Positions 1 through 7,384 of a stretch of 64,000 nucleotides of DNA are shown piece after piece. A program made the translations under genes and the position numbers. This DNA comes from a virus (taxonomy: Duplodnaviria; Caudoviricetes): positions 1,708 through 65,707 of IMG/VR virus record IMGVR_UViG_3300042525_000901; one strand, written 5' to 3'. Under the pieces are notes generated by a model. That model worked only from the letters and a program-made list of their open reading frames with translations, made no database searches and had not been told where the DNA came from. Every line of letters begins with the position of its first letter. Position 1 is the first letter of the stretch.

Positions 1-630
1 GTGCTAGGTAGCGTCCCGCCTGGGCTGTTCATCCCCCTAGCTGAGGTCGGTAGTGAGATTTACGAGATCAGCCAATGGGTACTAGAGACAGCGGCTCGCC
101 AACTGAAAGAATGGCCAGAGGCCGAAATTGCGGTAAATCTGTCACCGTGGGATCTGGAGCGTGCCGGATTCCGCGATCGTTTACTGCGGCTATGCGATCG
201 CCTTCAAATAGATCCGTGGCGTCTGTCCCTCGAAATCACAGAGCGGGCTGTTGATTCGGATTTGTCCCACTTTGAGCAAGTTCTAGCGGATCTAGCTGAG
301 TGCAAAATCAGACTGTCGATCGACGATTTCGGGACAGGAGATTCAGGACTGTTGCGAGTTGCTCAGGCGATCGACTGGTACGAGGTCAAAGTTGACCGAT
401 CGCTTCTCCCCTCAGACATGACCGACAGCCGACGGCAAAAGATTTGCGGAGGGATTGTCGCCCTTTGCCGTCGGCTCGATATTCACGTATTGGCAGAGGG
501 AATCGAGACCAAAGAACAGCTTGAAGTGTGTCGGGCGTTGGGGTTTGAACATGCCCAAGGCTACTACTTCGCGAAGCCGCTACCACCAAACCTGATCACG
601 ACTAGAGCGACGGTGAGCAGTCAATCATAA
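1..630 (+). CDS. EAL-domain c-di-GMP phosphodiesterase (5'-truncated by window edge)
   Basis: PPGLFIPLAE, AVNLS, LEITE, DDFGTG, EVKVD, AEGIE and QGYYFAKP motifs of EAL domains. Confidence 0.9.
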   Translation: MLGSVPPGLFIPLAEVGSEIYEISQWVLETAARQLKEWPEAEIAVNLSPWDLERAGFRDRLLRLCDRLQIDPWRLSLEITERAVDSDLSHFEQVLADLAECKIRLSIDDFGTGDSGLLRVAQAIDWYEVKVDRSLLPSDMTDSRRQKICGGIVALCRRLDIHVLAEGIETKEQLEVCRALGFEHAQGYYFAKPLPPNLITTRATVSSQS

Positions 631-638
631 TACCTTGC

Positions 639-667
639 TTGCGTTAATTGTGCTATGCGCGTATAGT
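639..667 (+). promoter_or_regulatory. sigma70-like promoter, member of the TTGCGT promoter family
   Basis: TTGCGT-N17-TATAGT read directly; same architecture at 43712-43740 and 62739-62767. Confidence 0.65.
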
Positions 668-696
668 TTGAGGTGGTCTATTCCTTGGTCGCTTCC

Positions 697-819
697 ATGC
701 CGCATTCACAGCACCCTATTTGTCAACTCGTCAACGATTTGCTAGCCCCCATTTTTGAGGAATGGCGAGAAGGCAAGCGAGAAGACGAGGACGATGTTTA
801 TGACGAATTGAGAGTGTGA
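697..819 (+). CDS. small acidic hypothetical protein (40 aa, not in ORF track)
   Basis: MPHSQHPICQLVNDLLAPIFEEWREGKREDEDDVYDELRV, lying between a promoter and a terminator. Confidence 0.5.
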   Translation: MPHSQHPICQLVNDLLAPIFEEWREGKREDEDDVYDELRV

Positions 820-845
820 GCCGATCCAAGCTCCGCACCCCACGA

Positions 846-871
846 CGACCCCTAGCCGGGTCGTTTTTTTT
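846..871 (+). terminator. intrinsic terminator
   Basis: ACGACCC-ctagcc-GGGTCGT followed by a T-run. Confidence 0.75.
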
Positions 872-877
872 GTGCCC

Positions 878-1561
878 TCACAGCCACCCAAACTTGACCT
901 CTAGCAAATTGCCTCGAAACGAGTGCGACAACGAAGCCGACGCGCCATCGGGCTTAGACATGGAAAACTCCTTGTAGCAGCCACAGCGGGCGCGACAATC
1001 GCACTGAGATCCAGGTGTGGGCAATGTCCCGATCTTTTGCCATCCGCGTCCCTCGTACTCAACACACTGTCGGCACGATTCCGATAGCGTTCGGTGTCGT
1101 CGTTCCCACTCGTACCCCTGGGAATCGTGCGACAGTTCGCGAGATTCGTGATAGCTAGAGGTCGTGTTGTCGAGGTAAAGTTCGACCCGCGATCGAAACA
1201 TCGCGCTGCTCATTCCCTCGCTAATGTCGCGGCTGAAACCATGCAGAAATTCAAACTCCTTAACCAGCTTTTGAGAAAGTCTCGCAATATCACGATCACG
1301 CATTTGAGGGTAGCCGCCCACTCCCAACAGCCATGACCACGAGTGAAGCATCTTAAGTTCGCTTCCCATCGCCAACGTCCAGTCGGCCAGACTTAGCACG
1401 CCTGCCTCAAGATCGTCGGCCAATTTCAGCACGACAGATCGACGTGAGGCGATCGCCGTGTTTAAGAGAGATCTCACCTGCGTTGCCGATGCAAATCGTT
1501 TTGTGTCTTTGAACCGAAAACGCTGTGATCTTGCATCCCACTCGATGTCTATTTCGCTCAT
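878..1561 (-). CDS. phage head morphogenesis protein (Mu F/SPP1 gp7-like)
   Basis: C-terminal CxxC...WQKIGTLPTPG..C.CRARCGC cysteine motif typical of this family. Confidence 0.7.
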   Translation of the reverse strand: MSEIDIEWDARSQRFRFKDTKRFASATQVRSLLNTAIASRRSVVLKLADDLEAGVLSLADWTLAMGSELKMLHSWSWLLGVGGYPQMRDRDIARLSQKLVKEFEFLHGFSRDISEGMSSAMFRSRVELYLDNTTSSYHESRELSHDSQGYEWERRHRTLSESCRQCVEYEGRGWQKIGTLPTPGSQCDCRARCGCYKEFSMSKPDGASASLSHSFRGNLLEVKFGWL

Positions 1562-1600
1562 ATTCCTAGGTGATTATTTGGCGGCAGGGTGAGACTCAGA

Positions 1601-1702
1601 AAAACGGCTGTAGCGTTTGCCCTGTAAATGTTTGGGCTGTTTTGAAAGCGTGCCACGTGATGGCATTACCCCTATAAAAGAAGATTACATGGTGCACGTG
1701 GT
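1601..1702 (-). repeat. dispersed palindromic element, copy 1
   Basis: core 1651-1702 is nearly the exact reverse complement of 11810-11862; module B with CGCTACAGCCGTTTT at 1601-1643. Confidence 0.95.
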
Positions 1703-1708
1703 AGAGAG

Positions 1709-2554
1709 TTATGAGGCGACTGCCTGATTTCCGGTTGTGAGAGTTGGGACAAAATCAACTCCGTCGTACGTTCCCAAAATTGCCCCGTCATCGGTGGCGA
1801 CAGATCCAGATGCCGGGTCAACGGCTAGGGTTAGCGACCCGGTACGAGCGAGATCCGCGATCGCCTCTGGTAACGTCCCGAGGTTTTCGTTTACCCACGC
1901 AAGCGCTACTTTCTCAGCATCAACCTGTTGACGTTCGGTTAGGGGTTCACCCTCGGGCGGTAAGTCCGGGGCGGCGGCATCCGCAATCAAGTCGGGAGGC
2001 GGTAGCTGTAGCAGCGTCATTGACAAATCAGCATCGGCCACCTCGCCGCCCCGCCACGCGATTTCGTTTACGCTGACCTCGGACAGCACAACAGGCGATA
2101 GCGTACGTCTCCCCATGACGAATGACAACGCAGGGGGCGCAAATCGACCATTAACCGGATCGGCCTCTGTGAGCGCCTGCAACGCCTTGATCGCACCCTC
2201 AAGCGACACGCCTGCCAACCAACCCCGCAACTTTACGCCTGAGAGCGAATATGAGCGGCTAGCGGAATGTTGAAACTGTACCGAAGGGTATCGGCTCGCA
2301 AGCGGAGCGGCTTCGGTGTATTTCGCGCCAAATGGTGACGAGATGGATTCAGGGTTGACGAGGAACACCCACGGAGTGATAGTCGAGCCTGGTGCGGGTT
2401 CAAACTCAATCAAACGCGCCTCTGCCTTGTCTTTGCTCGCAGTGGGATAATCAGCCCACGCTCCCTTGTTTGTCCAGCTTGGGAATTTTGGCAGGGATAG
2501 CGCGTTGCGGCTAGGGTCGATTTCCTTCGGTGGCTTATCGAAAGCAAATGTCAT
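1709..2554 (-). CDS. contractile-tail tube-initiator/CIS tube-like protein
   Basis: FLVNPESIS...VQFQHS.SRSYSL...APPALSFVMG...VVLSEVSV pattern of GpU/CIS-tube-like proteins. Confidence 0.6.
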   Translation of the reverse strand: MTFAFDKPPKEIDPSRNALSLPKFPSWTNKGAWADYPTASKDKAEARLIEFEPAPGSTITPWVFLVNPESISSPFGAKYTEAAPLASRYPSVQFQHSASRSYSLSGVKLRGWLAGVSLEGAIKALQALTEADPVNGRFAPPALSFVMGRRTLSPVVLSEVSVNEIAWRGGEVADADLSMTLLQLPPPDLIADAAAPDLPPEGEPLTERQQVDAEKVALAWVNENLGTLPEAIADLARTGSLTLAVDPASGSVATDDGAILGTYDGVDFVPTLTTGNQAVAS

Positions 2555-2838
2555 TATGTCTCGATGGTTTCGGCTTGCAGTACGAACTTGAATTTCGGGT
2601 TAGGAGGCTTGCGTTCCCATTCGGCGATCGCCTCCTGTAGGTAGTCTCGCGTCACGTCGGCTAGTTCGTTAAGCGCTTCAATGCTGAGTAGTTCCGAGCC
2701 GATCAAGTCTTCCATGTTGGTCGTCCTCAAGATGTCTTCATTGTCGTTGCCAGGACGCCACAACACCGACAGGTCACAACGTTGGCGCGATCGCTTGGAC
2801 AATGGATGTATTGCAATCTCGGGATATTCCAATGGCAC
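2554..2838 (-). CDS. hypothetical protein
   Basis: 94-aa ORF translationally coupled to the downstream tail gene. Confidence 0.55.
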   Translation of the reverse strand: MPLEYPEIAIHPLSKRSRQRCDLSVLWRPGNDNEDILRTTNMEDLIGSELLSIEALNELADVTRDYLQEAIAEWERKPPNPKFKFVLQAETIET

Positions 2839-3056
2839 AATTTATTAACGACGGCTCCCCTGCGGACACGATCATCATCGGCATTCAAGGCCAAACGGGT
2901 CAGCGCGTAGAAGCGGCTCGCGTCGATATTTTTGCGATCGATTCCGACGGCACAGCCGATGGTACAGCGACAATCACCGTGACCGCGATCGGGACAGATT
3001 CCGCCGTCTCCGCTGGGCCTGTTACCGTCACGTACACTGATCCGCTGTTCTCGTAA
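2832..3056 (+). CDS. small hypothetical (possibly virion) protein
   Basis: MAQFINDGSPADT..., beta-rich, stop overlaps start of next gene. Confidence 0.55.
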   Translation: MAQFINDGSPADTIIIGIQGQTGQRVEAARVDIFAIDSDGTADGTATITVTAIGTDSAVSAGPVTVTYTDPLFS

Positions 3057-3517
3057 TGCCTCAAAAACGCCCTGAGAATCCAGACCTGCAACAGGCGGCG
3101 CGTGCCTTAGCCTATGCCGAACTGTACGACGATCGCGCGGCTACGACGGCGTGCGGATGCGATCGCGCGTCGCTGACCCGGTGGCGTGCTAAGTACCAGC
3201 TTGAGCAGGCGGGCGGGTCGGAATTCTCAGAGGCGTTTTACCATTGGCAGCAGCAATTCTCATCACCGGGCGAGACGGTCAAACGAGCGACGATCGCCAC
3301 CAATAAGTTACTCGACACGATCGCCGCGTTTGCTGATCGGGTACAGGGTGACCCTGAATCAGTGCCAGCCGAGATGATGGTCGCGTGTGGTCGGACACTG
3401 GATTACGTGCGGGCAACCGAACGTCAAGCCTCGCAGACAGCGGCATTGGAGCCGCTACGACGCAAGGTGATTACGAAGCAATTAGAATTAGAGCTGACCA
3501 TCAGTGGCGATTCGTGA
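3056..3517 (+). CDS. probable terminase small subunit
   Basis: N-terminal HTH-like segment (CGCDRASLTRWR) plus helical body; overlaps TerL start. Confidence 0.55.
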   Translation: MPQKRPENPDLQQAARALAYAELYDDRAATTACGCDRASLTRWRAKYQLEQAGGSEFSEAFYHWQQQFSSPGETVKRATIATNKLLDTIAAFADRVQGDPESVPAEMMVACGRTLDYVRATERQASQTAALEPLRRKVITKQLELELTISGDS

Positions 3518-4505
3518 GTATGGCGATCTCCTGAAGGATGTCCTACCCGATCGCGAGTTCCGGGAACTGGTAGACGCGATCATGGCAGAAGCCGACGCGG
3601 TTGAAGCGGATCGATTTCAGGTTGAACCGGAACCCATTGACGTTCCCGATAACTGGGTGGACTTTGCGCGATCGTGCGTCGTGCGTTCAGGTCATGGCAC
3701 GGTTGGCTTTGATCCGTTCCCGTTCCAAATTGCCTTGGTGGATACCTTTACCAAAAACCGAGGCACGGTGGTGTTGAAGACCCGACAACAGGGCATCTCC
3801 GAAACGTGCTGGATTTGGTTTCTGTGGAAGGCGTGTCGATTCCCCGGCTACACGGCGGCGCTGTTCTCGAAACGGAAGGAAGACACCAGCGACTTGGCGC
3901 GACGGGTTCGGCTTGCATTGGCGGGCTTGGGCGTGCAATTGGCGTCGGACAACCTCATGACGATCGAGTTGCCCAACCGCTCAAAGCTATTGTTTCGGAC
4001 TGCCCGCAAATCAGACGGGCGGGGTATTGCCTCGGTATGGGATCTCCTGTTTGATGAGGCGGCGTTTGTGCCGGATATCGAAGAAATTTATGGCGGTGCG
4101 GTTCCGTCGCAATCGATGCTGGGCGATCGCGCTCGTACGTTGGTTGTGTCAACTCCCGATAGCCCGTCGGGTTGGTATTACGATTTGCTCAACACCGGCA
4201 ATGGCGATCGCGAAATCGAGGCGGTGTGCCAACAAATCCGCAATCAGGCAGTTGAGCCGTTCCAAGTCTGGACAGACGAGAACGGGTGGGGGAAGGCGAT
4301 ATTGCATTGGCGAGCGCATCCCATCTACGGAAAGCAAGACGACTACCTGGAACGTGTGGCAAGAAATATGCGCTTGCCAATGTCAACGGTGCGGCGTGAG
4401 TACGACTTGGACTTTGGGCAGTCTGACCGATCGGTGTTTGGCGTTGACCTCGTGAAGCGGGCGCTCGTGATGGATGGCGACGCTGTTGAGTTTGATGAGT
4501 GGTAG
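3504..4505 (+). CDS. terminase large subunit, N-terminal ATPase part only
   Basis: FPFQ adenine-binding motif, LKTRQQGIS Walker A, LLFDEAAF Walker B, VSTP motif C; ends after RREYDLDF linker. Confidence 0.9.
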   Translation: MAIREYGDLLKDVLPDREFRELVDAIMAEADAVEADRFQVEPEPIDVPDNWVDFARSCVVRSGHGTVGFDPFPFQIALVDTFTKNRGTVVLKTRQQGISETCWIWFLWKACRFPGYTAALFSKRKEDTSDLARRVRLALAGLGVQLASDNLMTIELPNRSKLLFRTARKSDGRGIASVWDLLFDEAAFVPDIEEIYGGAVPSQSMLGDRARTLVVSTPDSPSGWYYDLLNTGNGDREIEAVCQQIRNQAVEPFQVWTDENGWGKAILHWRAHPIYGKQDDYLERVARNMRLPMSTVRREYDLDFGQSDRSVFGVDLVKRALVMDGDAVEFDEW

Positions 4506-4595
4506 AATGGGGATACTAAAAAGCCCGGTCGCATGGGGACGTTAGCGCGTCCGACCATCACCGGGGGTATCTCGCTCTACCGGGGCGAAACACAC

Positions 4596-5300
4596 ATGAA
4601 TTCTAGCAAATCACTGTCGCACAATCTATGCGGGGTTGCTGTTTCCCAAAGCTTTGGAGATGGTTACGTCAATGTGACTCAACTCAGCAAGGCTTATTTT
4701 GAATCGACGGGCAAACGCCGTCAGCCAAATGACTGGCTGCGATTAGAGCGAACGAAAGAGACCTTGGAGCATCTTTCCTCCGTTACGGGGATTCCCGTAA
4801 CGGCGCTAGTACGGACGGTTCAGGGTGGTAACGACCTGTCTGCACAGGGAACCTACTTACACCCACGGCTATCGATCCGTTTCGGAATCTGGCTGTCGGA
4901 TGAGTTCGGCTTTGCGGTTGAACAGTTTATCTCGCAATGGTCGTCAGAGTTTGGCGACTTTATCCAGACTCGTGACAAAGGCAAGCTGATCCGCCGATCA
5001 ACTACCGACGCAATCCAAAACGCGGGCTTTACGGAGCATTATCATTACATCAACGCAACCCAAGTTGTTTACCGATCTCTCTTTGGAAAGACGGCGAAGG
5101 AACTGAAGAAAGACTTAGGCTTGAGCGATCGCGAAAGCTTGCGTGACTCAATGGACGCTCATGATTTACGAATGGTTGAAATGATGGAGTATCGCCTAGA
5201 GAAAGAGCTGGCAAAGGGCGTCCATAAAACGTACTCGGATTTTCATGCAGCCGCGAAACTCATTGGCGAAAATATCAAGACTGCAATGACGATTGATTAA
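4596..5300 (+). CDS. KilA-N domain DNA-binding (antirepressor-like) protein
   Basis: DGYVNVTQLSK...PNDWLRL...QGTYLHPRLSIRFGIWLS KilA-N signature; C-terminal phage antirepressor-type domain. Confidence 0.85.
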   Translation: MNSSKSLSHNLCGVAVSQSFGDGYVNVTQLSKAYFESTGKRRQPNDWLRLERTKETLEHLSSVTGIPVTALVRTVQGGNDLSAQGTYLHPRLSIRFGIWLSDEFGFAVEQFISQWSSEFGDFIQTRDKGKLIRRSTTDAIQNAGFTEHYHYINATQVVYRSLFGKTAKELKKDLGLSDRESLRDSMDAHDLRMVEMMEYRLEKELAKGVHKTYSDFHAAAKLIGENIKTAMTID

Positions 5301-5325
5301 TTAGGCGATCGCTCTGATGTAGTTT

Positions 5326-6264
5326 ATGCCCCGTCATTTTGGCGGGGTTTCAAAAGAAATGTCCAAACAGAAGAAAAATACCCTTCGTCTTGTGGCAAAA
5401 GAGGCTAGCGCGATTGCAAATCGCAACGAGCTTCAAGTAAAACCTTTTCACCGTAAATACGAAACGCTTCGCAAAGCCTTTGTTTCTAATCAAGGCAACA
5501 TAAAAATGCAAGCTCCAAACGGGCAAGGTGTACGCATCCTCTCTCGATTCCATTTCAAAGAAACACCTTTAAATTTTGCGTCGCATTTTGAGCCTTTTTT
5601 TCTTTTACTTGCGCTTGCTTATGACATCAGAGAAAAACCTAACTGTGTTCTTGTCGGAGACGAAGCTGACTGTTACCGAGCCATAGAGGTGGTGGCTCAA
5701 GATTGCCTGGAGATAGGCATGTCTTCCCCCTCTTATGCCCGTCCATTGACAACACCAACGATAGGAATTGATCAAACTACAGCAGATCTTTTATTTCAAA
5801 CAGACTTGCCACGGGATTTTTCGAGAACAAAAATCCCGTGGGAATATGGGATTATTTTTTTTGATAAACGGTGTCATAATAGCCGATTTCAAGACTTTCC
5901 TTGCTGGATTGCGTTTTCTGCTACGGGGAAAAACCTTATTGCCTACAATGAGCTAACCTCTCAATCTGTTGTTATTGATTACCAAAAATCAGGGCGGAAC
6001 CGACCTCTGACAATACTAGCCCCTAGCCTTGATGGTGAAATACTTTTTGCTAATGCAGACATAGAAACATCAAGTCCTGATGATCTCAACTGTGGCAAAA
6101 GTAAGCCTGTCGTTACGCTTGAGGATGAATATTTCCTGTTTTGTCGTCGGCTACTAGGCAACGTTTTTGCTATGGCTAACGCATACCCTACGGATAAGTC
6201 CGCATCACCAACCTCCTTAATATCTTTCAATCTCAGTTCCAAACAAAGTCAACTCAATGGATAA
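5326..6264 (+). CDS. hypothetical protein (visibly AT-richer than flanks)
   Basis: 312-aa ORF with no motif recognised. Confidence 0.65.
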   Translation: MPRHFGGVSKEMSKQKKNTLRLVAKEASAIANRNELQVKPFHRKYETLRKAFVSNQGNIKMQAPNGQGVRILSRFHFKETPLNFASHFEPFFLLLALAYDIREKPNCVLVGDEADCYRAIEVVAQDCLEIGMSSPSYARPLTTPTIGIDQTTADLLFQTDLPRDFSRTKIPWEYGIIFFDKRCHNSRFQDFPCWIAFSATGKNLIAYNELTSQSVVIDYQKSGRNRPLTILAPSLDGEILFANADIETSSPDDLNCGKSKPVVTLEDEYFLFCRRLLGNVFAMANAYPTDKSASPTSLISFNLSSKQSQLNG

Positions 6265-6373
6265 CGGACTCTTTAACCCCTACCCTCAATCACATGATGG
6301 ATAGTCGCGCCCGCCTAGCGGGGTATGGCTGCTAGTTCGAGGCTGACGCAGTTTATCCCCTGTTTTTAACCCC

Positions 6374-6973
6374 ATGCCCACCGAAACGATCGCCTCACTC
6401 GACTGTGCCACCAGCGGCGCGGACTACCTCGTGTTCCTGGTAGGCCGCGTCACCAGCGAAGGCGTCAAAGTCATCGCCAAATTCAGACGCCAAAAGGTCA
6501 CGATGACCGAGGCGATCGCGACGATCGCAGCGATGACAGCCCGCTACGAAATTTCGCGCATCGTCGTCGAAACCACCGGTGGCGTAGGCGAACTCTACCG
6601 CCAACAGCTCATCGAACGCAGCGATATTCGTGCCGGTATCATCGGCTTCAACACCACGGCACAATCCAAGCCGATCGCGATCGAGCGGCTAGCCCTCTTC
6701 CTAGAGCGCGGTTGGCTGCAAATCTCCGACCCGCAAATCGCCGATGAGCTAAAGGCATTCCAGCGAAACGGACGCAAGCTTGAGGCCGCGTCGGGTAAGC
6801 ACGACGACACGGTCATGGCGCTCGCGTTCCTCGTGTCGATTGTGGAGATCGACCGGCTTCAGTATGGCGATCGTGATCCGACGTCCCTTCGGTTTTTCGC
6901 GACCGAACCCAAGCGATACGAGTCCGTGCCCGAGGCTCGCAACGAATTTCGCAGCATGTTTGGAGGCGATTAA
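6374..6973 (+). CDS. terminase large subunit, C-terminal RNase H-like nuclease part
   Basis: SLDCATSGADY, VETTGGVG, FNTTAQSK, GKHDDTVMALA acidic catalytic motifs. Confidence 0.9.
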   Translation: MPTETIASLDCATSGADYLVFLVGRVTSEGVKVIAKFRRQKVTMTEAIATIAAMTARYEISRIVVETTGGVGELYRQQLIERSDIRAGIIGFNTTAQSKPIAIERLALFLERGWLQISDPQIADELKAFQRNGRKLEAASGKHDDTVMALAFLVSIVEIDRLQYGDRDPTSLRFFATEPKRYESVPEARNEFRSMFGGD

Positions 6974-7073
6974 TTCCCAACCAAAATCACACCGCTACGG
7001 TTTTAAGCTAGGTTCGATTCCTGGCTGCGGTATTCCGCATTGGATGGTGCGGGTTCGTATTACGGAGAAAATC

Positions 7074-7367
7074 ATGTCAGCATATTTGAGCCAACCCCAA
7101 GACATTGACCTAGAACCGTTCACCGATAGCCCGGACTTGCCGGAGGGTCATCTGATCGTCGGCGGCGTCAAATTCTTTCAGTTGTTCCCGGATATGAGCG
7201 AGATCGTCATTCACGTTCCGGGTGACTGGAATGTGAATGACGACCCAATTTACTACCACAAAACAGCACAAGGCGGTCACATTATTTTGTACAACGACAT
7301 CACGGAGCAAGCCATCTTTGTAGGGCATCCCGCCCAGCCAGACACGACTCAGCAGAATCGTCCATAA
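7074..7367 (+). CDS. hypothetical protein
   Basis: GGAG RBS upstream of ATG at 7074; 97 aa. Confidence 0.55.
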   Translation: MSAYLSQPQDIDLEPFTDSPDLPEGHLIVGGVKFFQLFPDMSEIVIHVPGDWNVNDDPIYYHKTAQGGHIILYNDITEQAIFVGHPAQPDTTQQNRP

Positions 7368-7384
7368 ATCCAGCCCAGATCGCC

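Noticed and set aside
4506-6373. Group I/II intron, intein or IS interrupting the terminase
   Set aside because: No homing endonuclease, reverse transcriptase, transposase, terminal repeats or intein motifs were recognised, and each half has its own start and stop.
6991-7040. tRNA gene
   Set aside because: Only a T-arm and a short closing stem are present, with no D-arm or anticodon arm.
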